64,000 nucleotides of DNA from assembly GCA_000708835.1 (NCBI GenBank), contig DF237243.1:1-64000 (forward strand), read 5' to 3'. The position numbers and the translations under genes are program-made. Under the pieces are notes generated by a model. That model did not search any database. It was not told where the DNA came from and saw only the letters and a program-made list of their open reading frames with translations. Positions 41,682 to 53,800 of the stretch are shown in pieces. The number at the start of each line of letters is the position of its first letter. The stretch's first letter is position 1. Source of the DNA: Klebsormidium nitens (lineage: Eukaryota; Plantae; Klebsormidiophyceae).

Positions 41682-44600
41682 ATGCATCATGGTGGAGCGG
41701 GACTGGGGCGACTAACCCAGGAAGAAGGCTCAAGCTTTGGGTTGACAGAGCGGGACGTCAGTCTGATGGACAACATAAGGCGCTTGCAATCGGACTTTGA
41801 GCTGGAGGAGGAGTCGGAAGACGAGAATGAAACGAGCTGCTTTCGTACTCAGTTGGGGAGAGTCAATGTACCGGAAAGCCAAGAGGGCGGGGGAAGCATC
41901 TTTGAAACATTGTCAGAAGATCCCACTGGGACAGCTTCAGTCGAGATTGATGTAGCTGGTGCAGAAGTCATCAAGACGGGGGAGCAATTGTGTGAAGAAG
42001 TTTCTTGCAGCCAAGATTTGCCTGCAAGAGAAGGTGGACAAGCGACATGGAGTGTGGAAAACATGAGGCCTGAGCATAATGCAAGGGATTCCATATTTCC
42101 ATCACATGGCACCGGTGATTTCCAGTTGCGGGGGCTAGAAGCCAGCATCGATGCACCTGAAGTTGGGGAGACGTTGCAGCAAGAACAAGGGCCTGGCGAC
42201 CAGGATGGAGACAGCGACTCCGAGCGGTATGACAGCTTGTACCAAGAGCATGTGCGGCGCCAACGTGATGCGGCACCCGAAAGCCGTGTCATGGAGGAAG
42301 ACTTGGAGGAGGACGATCGTTTTGAGATCTCGCAGCCCGAGTCAGACTCCCAGCAGCAGCCTCTGATGACTAACCTTAGCCAGAGGGACCAGCAGTTCCT
42401 AGCAAGCATCAGGCAGCTGGACCAGGTGGAACTAGAGGAGGAGGAAATGTCCGACGCGTCTGAAACGGATAGTGACGAGGAGAGGTAGGTGGTGGTGCGG
42501 TTGAGGCGCTCGGTCTAGACGCGGTTTTTTTGCTCGGGTGCCTCCTTTTGTATCATGCAGTAGATGGAATTTCTCCATACCAGAGTGAGCTCGCAAATCG
42601 TCGATGCCATGCACCAGGACGTTGTGAGTGCAAACAAGTTGGATTGTTCCTTTTAAGGTGAGGAGGATTCTTTCGCTACAACCTGAACCTGGACTGCCGC
42701 CTGGTTGTTGTTCGCTGTCAGATCATGTGTCACGAACTTCAACTTACGTCAGTCGCATAAAGCTGAGCTTGTCATGCAGACCTGAAACTCCAAGGTTGGC
42801 TGCAAATCGGAGGGAGGACATCACCTTTGACACCACGCTGCCTGCCATGCACACCTACCTAGGTGGTAAGTATCAACTCTCTTAGTATATCCTTACAGTA
42901 TGGAGACAGCACCTCCCTCCTCGATGAATGCAGATCACAGTCTCTTATAATCGGTGGTGTCTCCTTCCTTTTACAATGACTTCGTTGAGTTGCGATCGTG
43001 TTGAGTCTGTTATCTATCTGCCTGAGGTAAAAGTGTGTATATCTTTGTTGTTTGTTTGATATATCACATCCTGTCTGATACTTGGCAAGTGACACGTTGC
43101 TAAAGGCGCACCTCTCGGACACTTTAACAGAGGCCAACAGTGCTTGCTTACCATTCATTCCTGTTCGTGAAGAGTTCGACGACGTCGCTGGGGGAAGGGC
43201 TTTCGAGGAGGGCGGTTCGCTCGTCACCCTACCCTTGTTCTATCTTGATGGTAAGCACGTCTGCTCATAGTCACACTTTCAATTTTCTTTTATTGTAGAA
43301 TGAGGAGTCCGTTTCGCAAGGATGAAGGCTTTGGCAACACCTGTGATGCTTCTTGTCGATTCCTGTGACATCCGTCTCCGGTTTCCATGTCGTGATACTC
43401 CTCAAGCGATGAAAAATGCATGTCCAGTAGGACTTAATTTTCCTCTCTGCTCTACGGGACCTACGGGGCGTCACGTTCCCTAAGAGGCAACATCGGAGTG
43501 GCATGATAACACTCAAGTTGCAGACGCTTTCGTCCCGTTTTGGACTCTTAAGATTCCATCAAGATTCGGACTCTACAACGGACCCCGGTGTAAATTTGAA
43601 GTGAGCCACTTCCGTTGCGCCAGGTGTCGTGCTGTTCCCGGGTGACTCCCTGCCGCTCCGTGTGATCCAGCCGCGCTTCCAAAGCGCCGTCAGGAGGGCC
43701 ATGCGGCAGACGGCACACGCGTGCACCATTGCAGTGGTACGAAGTCGTAACCAATCTGACCGAGGCTCTCTTGATGTGCAATGATTGACCGGTGCGTGCT
43801 ATCTTGCAAGGTATCACTCACATGCCGTTTCCTGGTCAGCATCTTTTATCCTCATTCGATTCGAATCTGAGATCGTGATACTTCAGCAGTGGCTTTCGGC
43901 TTCTTTTTGGACCAAAAGCTCAACGTATACGCAAGGCCAAAATATGAAATTATGGCCAACTTGCAGATATATTTGGATTTTCGGATACTTTCGAAGACAA
44001 AGTTGAATTTGATAGTGAGCTTTCTCCATCTACACAGGTCCTGTGCCGAGGGTACCTTCATCCGGAGGGTCCTGGTGTCGCAACTGTCGGAACAACTGCA
44101 GAGGTGGGAATACTTAACGTACCAAATGTTTATTTCTTTGCCCTCGAAACTCCGGCTATGTTGCAATTGAGTTCGGATCAACATGGTTAAGAAAAGCGTG
44201 GTCGTTCGTGTGATTCACGGAGAAGGCTTTTGTTTATCACAGAGGTTTGCATGGACGGGTCAGCCCTTCTGTTACGCACTTTGAGATTCTCGGCTGGTGC
44301 AAGAACGATAGGGGATCGACAAGGCTCTCAGCTTGATACCGACTTTGATACTTCCCATTTACTTGACGTTGGTTGCTTCTCAAGGGGCGTGTGTTGCCAC
44401 CTTTCGTAGCTGGGCTGTCGCTTACAACCCACCGTCAAGCAGGTCTTTGAGACATTCGTGTCAATCTCCTAGGTCCCAATGTTACTGCCGAAGCAACTCT
44501 GTGGCTGACAAAGTAAAGCTCCGTTTCTTCTGTGTGCAGATCCGGCAGGTGAAAGAACAGGACGACGGGACCTTCAACATCGTCGCAAAGGGCCGCCAGC

Positions 44601-47600
44601 GGTTCTACGTGCGGAGGATCTCTTTCGAGGGGGACGACTCGGTGAGTCCGACTGGTCAAGTGGTAGCTCCGTGAGGAATGCTCGCTGCTTGATCAAAACC
44701 GTTTCTTCCTTCATTTGCTAAATTTCTAACCCTTGAATGTGGCATTGGAATTCCTGCAGAGAAATTTTTGCAAAGAACGCGGCAGTTTTGACTGTAATGT
44801 CAGCATAAGCGGGGCTTGATTGTTGCCCACAAACCGGAGATGTCACGCGATGGCTCCGGTAGAGCCGTCCGTTGGTTATTGGCAACTGGCGGATGCGTGC
44901 TCGTATAGGATGCCTTCTCGATTTTCTCAACTGCTTTTGCAGCGGAAGCTTCATAATAAGTTTTCGTTGTCGTTTCAATCAGCGCCCCCTTAGAATGGTA
45001 CCGGCCATGGCTACCCAAAAACGTTTCCAACGAAGTTGCGGGTCATTATCGTGTACAGGCGTCGGCGCACGTGCAGATCATTCCTGAAGAGAGGCCCCTG
45101 CGCATGCCGCGCGCGGCTTTTGGCCAGCTGGCAGCCTGGCCGTCTCCTCAAAGCGGACGTGTCCCCTCTGCTTTGGAGTCCCGGGAATCTGCCGGAAGCC
45201 CAACTAATCTCTCACCAACAACATACACAAGGTAAGTAGCAACTTGGCTCTCCTCGCTTTGCATTCATGTTCTTTCTGAAGAGCTTCACGGCCGCTCGGT
45301 CCCCATGCAGCATATTCGATACCGGAACGTACAACTTCCTGTATTTCAATCGGTCTTCTCAAGGTACGGAGCCTACCCGCACAGTGACGAAGGGTCAGAG
45401 CAGTCGACGGAGAACGTTCGTGATAATTCAGGAATTGATTTGCCGACGTCCTGAATTCCTGGATGAGCGGCACGCAACCAAAGCTTCCGTTTTTTGTTTC
45501 CCGTGCAGGACTCCTCGCCGGGCCAGTACCGGCGGCATTCCAACCAGCTCAATCTCCCGCAGGGGACGCCACCCGCCTGACGTCAGCCCCTCCTCCGGAC
45601 CCCGTCGAAGCCGGCGCCGCGTCAGCTTCGACGGCGGCGCAGTCGGCGGCGTTTTGGGGCGACTGCGCGAACGGCCGGGACTCGCCGTTTTCGACTTTCC
45701 CATCGAAGAGGAGCGGGAGACGCAAGGGGCGACACGGAAAGCGGACGAGCCAGCGGAACGGCCGCCTGGGATTTCAGGAATCGGGGCGGGCGCGACGCCG
45801 CCAGCTGGCAGGCAGGGAGCGCGCCACGTGGCGACCCCTCGGAGCGCGCTGTTCCTGCCGGCGTACAAGAGACGGAAGCAGCGGAGGCTGGGAAAAGACT
45901 GGGAGGTAGCGGCGTCGGCTGAGAGGGCGCCGGAAGAAGAGAAACAAGGGGGAGGAAGGGAAGCATCTCACGGTCCAGAAATAGTGTGGCCGGAGCTTTG
46001 TCCCGTGCGCCACGACTTGGTGAGGGGGATCACCCAGGAAGAAGAAGCGGGTTCGCAAGCTGCGGGCGATTTGGCTGAGACGAGTATCGGGGCAGAAACT
46101 GTTCGGGGGGTGAGAGTTGGTGGCGAAGCCACCCCCCAAAACGTGGACATTCAGCGGTTGCTCGAATCACGCTGGGCGGGTACTAACTGCCGCTGGGGGG
46201 GTTTCCAAGGAGAGAGACACGGAAGCAGACACGACCAAACTCCACCGAAAGCCAGTCCCCGCCAATCGGGTGATACAGGTGATGGGGACGAGAGTACGGA
46301 GAAATGGCAGGGGGTGTCGAAGGCGTGGGCGGCAGATGATGCCACGTGGCGCATCCGGGCGCCGCTGAGCGCCTGGCCGTACTGGGTGTACAGGTGAGGT
46401 GGGGTGGTGTGGTGTGCGGACGGCGGTGCGTTTAGGGGCATTGGCGTCTCCCAGCAGGGTTTTCAAGAGGTTTGAAGGGCGTAACTTTTGATCCAGGCGC
46501 CGATTCAAACAGCTTCACATCTGCAGTTTGTGCACAGAATTGCGTCAGCTTCTTGTGGTCCTGCCGATGGTGAGAAGGTCAGGGAGCTCGAACAGGGTCG
46601 TATTTCTGGCGTCTTTGAGCTCCAAAAAGAGAGCGTTGGTACCCTGACACTTAAAATTCCCCCGGGGCGTAAATTTACTGGATTTCGTAAGCTCTAGTGA
46701 GGCTAAAAGTTTATTGGTTCTCTTCAACCGAGGAAACTGTCTTTGTTTCTTTGAAATGTACGAATTTCAAAAGAACCATCCTGACGGTCGTGCTGAGTAA
46801 GTTTCTTTAAACTTACGGCACCCCTTTTGCGCTTCCAAGTATTCGTTGGCTTTTCGGTACAGATCGTTTCGGCAAAACTCAACCACCATCCCTTCCAATG
46901 CAGGATGCATATGTACGACGCGAACGTGTTTGTGCGGTGTGCCAGACCCGATGCTACTACTATGCTGCTAAAGCAACACCTTCGAGCTTCCAAGTAGCTT
47001 CTTCCGTGGGATAGCTACACATAAACATTTCGCCAAAGAGGAGTGTAAACGATCTCGGCATTTCTGCAGGATGCACGATGCGTACGTGCTGGCGAGGCGC
47101 GTGGCGGACCTGATGCGGCAGGTGGTGCCCGCCCGCAAAGTGGACGACCTGCTGAACGAGCCGGAGGCGCTGTCCTACTACGTCGCCAGCAATCTCCCTC
47201 TGCAAGACGCCACTAGGTAATCTGACCCCATTTTTGAACAGAGACGCTCGTGCCTCGGTAAGTTGGATTACGTTTGAGATACACTCACGCACGTCTGACT
47301 GAGTGCTACGAGCCGGAGGCGCTGTTCTACTTCGTCGACCAGCAATCTCCCTCTGCAAGACGCCACTAGGTAAGCTGACCCACATTTCGGAGACAGACTC
47401 GGTCATATTTAGGTAAGCTTATCTACTTCTGAGGTTAATCCCACTCATGTCTTACTGAATGCCACGAGCCGGAAGCGCTAATGTATTTCGTCGCAAGCAA
47501 CTTGTCTTTGCAAAGAAGCCACCCGGTGAGCTGGCCCACTTTTTGGACAAACTCGCTCAAGTTTAGGTATTTGACCCACTGTTGAGATCGAACTCGCTCA

Positions 47601-49464
47601 TGGTGGACGGGTGCTTTGGGCGATGTTTCTCCGAGTGTCTGAACTACTCGGCACCGGTGTCCTATCACGTGGCCAACATTTCGCCGCTGCAGGACGCTAC
47701 CGTGTAAGCTACCCCTTTTTCTTTCGGGAGCAAAAGCGTTCAATTCTGGGTTTATGCTGAGAAAGAACTGGTCAGGGCTCTTCTCAGAGCCTGAAAGAGC
47801 TTAGAAAGGCTCTCCGACTACGTCGCCAGCAGCCAGAGCTGCAGGAGGTAACCTTGTGCGCTCTCCAGAGGCTTTTCTGGGCTGAAAGCTGCTAATAGAG
47901 GGTCAAGTTCTGAATGCTGATTGGAAAGTGGAAAATCGAACGGTTCCCTGAACGTTTCCACGACATGCCGGAGGCGCTATCGTACGATCTTGCCAGTAGG
48001 GCTGCCGCTGCGGGGCGCGACCACATGCCGAGCAAGACTCTCCGTTAAAATGCAAAAGCGCTCTAGGGATTGAAATTTGCCGAGATCGTCTGAAACCACG
48101 ACTCATCTGGCAATCGAAGGAAGGTTCTATTTGCGGGCAGGAGCTTCTCAAGATGAACGGTACCTTGAGCGGGAAACGCAAAGACATTTCAAAACCTTCT
48201 CATGCTAACGTCATATTTATGATCATGCTGACGTAGCAGTTCTACGTGCAGGCAGGAGCTGCTGGAAACGAGCGGCACAGTGTACCAGCTGCGCAAGGAG
48301 GCCAAGATCCTGGAGCCAATGAAAGGCTTCCTCAAAAGTTCCGTGCTGACGTCATCTTTCATATTCCTGCTGACGTGGCAATGTTACGTGCAGGCAGGAG
48401 CTGCTGGAGACGGTCGGCACGGTATACCGGCTGCGCAAGGAGACCAAGATCTTGGAGACGCTGGACAAGCTGCGGTGCAAGGCGTGCGAGGTCGTCATCG
48501 CCAGCAAGTCTGACCTCATGGTGATGTCAGCAGACGGACCCATCGGGGCATACGTGAACCCGCACGGGTGAGAGCCCTCCGTCTGGCCGGCTCCTATTTT
48601 CAAGGCGTTTCCGACGTATTTGATTATACGGTCGCCACAGTTTGTCCATTGGAAGCGGCACATCGACACCCTTGATTTTGCGTGGAGTCAACCAAAGGCT
48701 TTGTGATACCCCCGTAATCCGTTGGCATAAGTCCGTTTTGCTTGTTGCAACGGTCAAGATACGTCTTTGCTTGATCCAGCTTGTGCTCAACACCATCTTG
48801 TTCCTCCACTTTCTGGGAAGGCCTCACTTGTTGCCGGACAGTCTGCTATGAAACAGAATTGCAATACTTGTGCGACGTACTCAATCGATCAACCGGTAGT
48901 CTGGAGTCTGTCACGACTGACTTATCACGAACTCGGTGGGTGCCTGGGTGGTACGATAAGTACTGATTTCACAAAATTTATTGACCGAGTATGAGCGAGT
49001 ATTCGGTCATGTTGGAAGTTCTGATTGCCCTACTCCGTCATTTCCTTCGTACACTTGTCGCCCTGCAGACTACTTCACAGGACGCTGACCCTGGGCTGCG
49101 TCCAAGTTGTGCCCAGATAGTAGGTGCCAGAATTCGAATTTGTAACGAGTCATTCTGGTCAGATTGGAAAGTCGTCATCTCTTTTGTGAACTTGTTTTGC
49201 AGACACATCCATGAGACGCTGACGCTGCGCCGCGTGCAAGGCCTCGCGCTCGACGGCTTCCAAGAAACCGAAAACAGCTGGTTCCCCGGCTATGCGTGGA
49301 CTATTGCGCACTGCCAAAATTGCGGCTATCACATGGGCTGGAAGTTCACGGCAGTGCGCCCGGGGATGACCCCCGACTGCTTCTGGGGGGTGACCAGAGC
49401 GCACCTGGCCGAGTCGACGGCGTCGGAGCACCAGAGTGACCCCATTCAGATGTTCACGTGGTAG
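41682..49464 (+). CDS. CRBN: Cereblon homologue (LON-like domain + CULT domain), ~962 aa, 11 exons
   Basis: Exons 41682-42484, 42780-42865, 43173-43250, 43624-43736, 44038-44103, 44540-44641, 45059-45231, 45509-46393, 47070-47216, 48394-48567, 49203-49464; total 2,889 nt. Motifs: TFDTTLPAMHTYLG, LPLFYLDGVVLFPGDSLPLRVIQP, VGTTAEIRQ, GRQRF, WPYWVYR, LSYYVASNLPL, CKAC, YVNPHG-IHE, SWFPGYAWTIAHCQNCGYHMGWKF (Zn CxxC pairs and tri-Trp pocket). Confidence 0.93.
46895..47860 (+). repeat. Intronic copies of CRBN exon 9 boundaries (1 start copy, 4 end copies with donors)
   Basis: The start copy tgcag|gatgcatatgtacgacgcg is at 46904 (true start 47070). End copies have GT donors at 47370, 47526, 47704 and 47848 (true donor 47217), e.g. 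gagccggaggcgctg...cagcaatctccctctgcaagacgccactaggtaa. Confidence 0.85.
48205..48460 (+). repeat. 142-nt tandem duplication of CRBN intron 9 end plus exon 10 start
   Basis: tacgtgcag|gcaggagctgctgga(a/g)acg...gctgcgcaaggag(g/a)ccaagatc has acceptors at 48251 and 48393. Confidence 0.88.
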
Positions 49465-50829
49465 AGCGAGTCATGGTGTCTGTCGTACATTGGCTTCTAT
49501 GATGTAGGCTTGTTGTGTACTTTCTGATGGTTACTGACGTCTAACATCGACGAGGGAAGGTTGATAGCATGCTGTGCGCATGAGTCCTTGCAAAGAAGAG
49601 GGGTACCTTGGATACTCTGCAACAAACGTGCAAGCTACAATGTATCAAAGCAGAGTCTGGCTTAATTCTGTTTCAAAGCACCTTCTGAGGTTCAGTTTTG
49701 GAGAGTCTTCCAAGTTCTTCATGATCTGTTGGCTTCAGAACTGTTCTGGTCAATTTGGAATCCATCCATCCATCCATTATCCATCGTTCATGGTATCGCA
49801 ACCTTTCGCGGATAGCCTGCCTGTGGTCCAAGGATTTCAGTTTCTTGTGCCGTTCCCACATCGCAGAAAGTCTGTTTCAAGATAATCCAGAAGCAATGCA
49901 AAATGCAGTTTAGGCACCTTTGACTCTTTGGTGCGTTCAAGCTTCCGACCAAACCCTCTGTAAGTTCTCAGGCGCCAGGCCGGACGGGTACGTACTACGC
50001 AGTACCGTAAGATCTCGCGTGGGAAGTTAATGCCAAGCAATCTGCCGACATTTGTCGACATATGTCCAGTCAAACTCGCGACGAGCGAGCTCAGTCGACC
50101 GTGGACCGTCGGATCCAATTCCCTCGATTTATTGGGTCCGTCGATCTTACTTCCGTCGTCATTGTGTCTGGCAACTTGCACAAAACCTAGATTAAACCCG
50201 CACCTACCTACTGTACTTACATCTAGAGGTAGGTACGGTATGTTATTGTGGGCCATTTTGTCGGTTGACAACTTGAACTTGCCTGCACAGTGCGGGCTAT
50301 CTAAGCTAAGTACTACTTGTCTGAACTGTTTTGAGCAAGGCGACGAAGCAGACTTCCAAAGTCAACGTGAGAGGAAAGCAATGTTGATAGTTGCAGTCTA
50401 GGTACCTACATTGGCGGGCACCTTCGTTCACCTTGTAGAATGATAACCCAGGACTCAGCTGCCTGCAAACCGTCCTGTGGAGTTCCCAAGGCGCAAAGGC
50501 ATTGAGCATTACCCATTTGGCTGAGAGTCTGGTCACTGATGGGTCATGCACATTGAGCTTCAATATCACAGACTGCTTAAGCCAGGTGGTTGCGATCTCG
50601 GCAGGGCAGCATTACTGTCAGTAAAGCAGTAAAGGGGAGGACTTGTAAGATATGCGTATGCAGGGGCTCAGATCAGGGCGGCTTTGACTTGCTTTTTGTG
50701 GAACTTAAAGATCGACTGTACCTTATACGTACACAGTCGTGATTCCTCTACTAGTAAACATTGTTTGCAGAGCCCTCATATCGGCTGCAAACATTAGCAA
50801 TCAACTCTTGCTATAATAGAAAGGTTCAA

Positions 50830-53800
50830 ATGGAGCCCGAGTACGAGACTCGGGCTGATGACGTGAGCGCCAACGCCGCCAACCACCAGCCCAGTCACCG
50901 CGCAATTAAGGGATGCAATCGCCGGCACCCATCCCTGCTCCGCTTCGGACGTCCGGCGCTCGGGGACGAGCGCCCGGAGCTGACGACGGTCCAGGAGGTG
51001 TTCTCGCGCGCGTACAAGATGCTGATGAAGCACAAGAGTCTGGAGAAGCAGCTGCTTGACATCCCGTTTAATCTGTGCCTCCTGCTGAAGGAAAAGCGGC
51101 CTGCGTTTCTGATCCAGGTGGGCAGCTTTGAAAGAACTTGTCTTGTCTGTGTTATCTGGGATGGGCTGATGAGAAATAAGAGTATCCTAGAAACCACAGT
51201 AAGCCATTGGATTTGCAGTTGTTGAATGCAGTCCAAGTTGTCGGCTTTGGAGGAAGATTTGTGTGTGCTGGCTTTGTGTAGTGTTGGAAGGTCGACGGAA
51301 TGGCAGTGTGATGATCTGAGCTGGATAGAAGGATGTGCCTCATTCAGGTGGGCACTTCTTGGAAATGTCAGCTTTTTGTGAGCATTGGAGTGTGAGATCT
51401 TGGCCAGACCTGTTGTGCTGTAAAGCTTAGAGACTCGAATCAGGAGTACCACTTCACATGTATCAGAGCTGTTGACTGAGCCTTGTGGTTCTTTCGTCAG
51501 ATGCCAATCTGGTGCCTAAGAGGTTTTTACTAATCAGATCCGTTTAGTTCCGGTTTGTGCATTTTGAAGCACTAAATGGTACAACATAGTCATTAGCAAC
51601 GCCTCTGCCGGCTGAGGATGAGCTCTTGTGACCTGATGCGTAGTTGTATCAGATTGGATATCATAACCTGTGCAATGAGGTGGAGTTAGCTGCTCAATCT
51701 GTCTATCAGATCGAGTCCGAGCATTGCTATACTACCAGCTTGTGTTGATGCCTTGGGTTGAGACATGCAAAATCCTGAAAAGTCAACCATTCGCTTGAGA
51801 TCCATAGAACTACTTTCACATTGTGCACTGCCCAAGTTCAAAGAGCTTCCCACAGTACAGCAACCGTGTTGTAGCACCAATGACCGCTGTAACGTTGATT
51901 AGACACCGTATGCGTCCAATGTGCAGCTTTCTTTCTAGGGTTCTTGGCTTTTAGGAAGCTTTTCAGCCATGCTGGCTTAGCTCGTTACCTTCAAGGCTGC
52001 CAGGATATCAAGAAGTAGACTGTCACCTGGAGAATCAACACATTTCTGGGTTCCACGATTTGTTCGATACAGCAATCTAACAGGCTGCTGAAAGGAGATA
52101 CACAAACGTAGGTACAAGAATAAGGAAAACCCATTGGGACTTGTGTACTACTATGTTCGGTTTAGGGTTGCGCTGCTTCTCCAACTGATGCAGCTGTGAC
52201 GGGCCTGAGGAAGAAGGACAGATAGGCACCAGGTAGGAATAGCGTGTTGCTCACCGGACGCGTTAGACCTTGTACCAGCAACCCGTAATCTCTGACAGTA
52301 CATCAAGCGAATCTCAGTTGGTCGTCTTAAATCAACCTAGCCTTCGTGTCCCGCAGGCGGACAACCGCACAGCCCATCTCCGTGCCAGCATTGACGCGTG
52401 CCTCGCCGAGCTCAGCAGCATCTTTGCGACCATTCACACCTACCAGGGGCAGCTCGTGTGCCTCCAATCGGTGAGCAATCCGTGGTCGTTCCAAAAATCA
52501 CTAATGCAGGAAAGGACACCAATGCAGGGACGATTGGACCCAAATGTTGCCCTGCTTCGACATCAGTGGGCGACTCGTAGAATCGTCTCTAAGACAAACG
52601 GACTCCTATTTACCAAAGTCGGGGTTTCAAACCGTAGTATTCTGGCACTTGGAGGGGCGTTAAGCTATCAATACGAAAGATTATACGTTTCCAGCCAACT
52701 ATCACTTCCAGTACAGAGACGGCGGTCTCTGCAGACAACCGCCTGAAAAAGTCCGTGTTTCTACGAGTCATTTCGTTGTTCCCTACCGATAGCTGAGAAA
52801 CCTAGCCGGCCACGCTGGACGACAATAGACAACACAAACGGCCTTGAAGAGTTTCATTTAGCCAATACGCCCTCTTCTCTTTGGTCTCCCAGAGCCAGAG
52901 GAGTCCATCTTCTCACGCTGATTTTGGCTGTCCCCACGCAGAGAGCGGAAGAGATCCGGCAGACCATGCTGGCGGACGGCAGCTGCTCCTGCTTCGGGCG
53001 GATCCTGGGGTATCCGTTTGCCGGGGAGCTCGACGAGATCCACTGCTGCGAAGGGCGGTTCCGAGTTAACCTCAAAAGTAAGTTGGCTGTCTTTCTTTGC
53101 TTTTCAGTTTTTGCTTTGTTTTGAACCCTACTCGCTCGTTCTGAGACACGCTTATTTCCAAGTGCGGTCTTTTCACCGACTGCTCAATGGGGCCCTGCAA
53201 TCGAGGGAGTTTCTGAGCTTGCTGTCATGGTTTCTCCGTTTGTTTTGCTCATTAATCCGGTTCATGCCAAAGATTGGTTTTGCTTCGAGACTCACCGCGT
53301 TTTTAACAGTCTGGCCGAGACAATTTCTAAAGGCGGGAACTTCGCAGCCCACTTTGCGCTTTCGCATATACGCTTTGCATTCGTCGCTCAGAAATGCTTC
53401 CTTTAACGTGTTATGCATTAGATTTCAAGCGACCTGATGGTTACGTCGCTCAAAGGAAGCTTTTCCAGACGAGCCAAACACGTGCCGGGATTAGAAGTCA
53501 GTCCAACTAAATCAATATGCTCGTAAAGCCTCTGCCCTAGTTTCGGTACGACTTCGACGCAGTTCGCACAGGCCGCTTACTTTTAGAGTTCAATCCAACA
53601 GGTGCTGTGGCCGTCAAGAAGATGCCATATTAAGAATTGGAATATCAGAAGTCCGGTCGTTTTATATTCTTTCGATCAATGTCTTGCCGAGAATCATGAA
53701 TTCCACAAGCTCGGTCGTGTGACTACCCGTTCAATATCACGGGCCAATGCCAAACCATGAAGAAAGATTGTCAATGTTCGGTCGTGCTGTCAAGCCCTTT

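Noticed and set aside
41849-42409. 186-aa minus-strand ORF (also 45428-45966)
   Set aside because: These are antisense shadows of cereblon exons.
49837-50401. 144-aa and 123-aa overlapping ORFs between CRBN and the orphan gene
   Set aside because: They show no motifs, coding bias or splice support.
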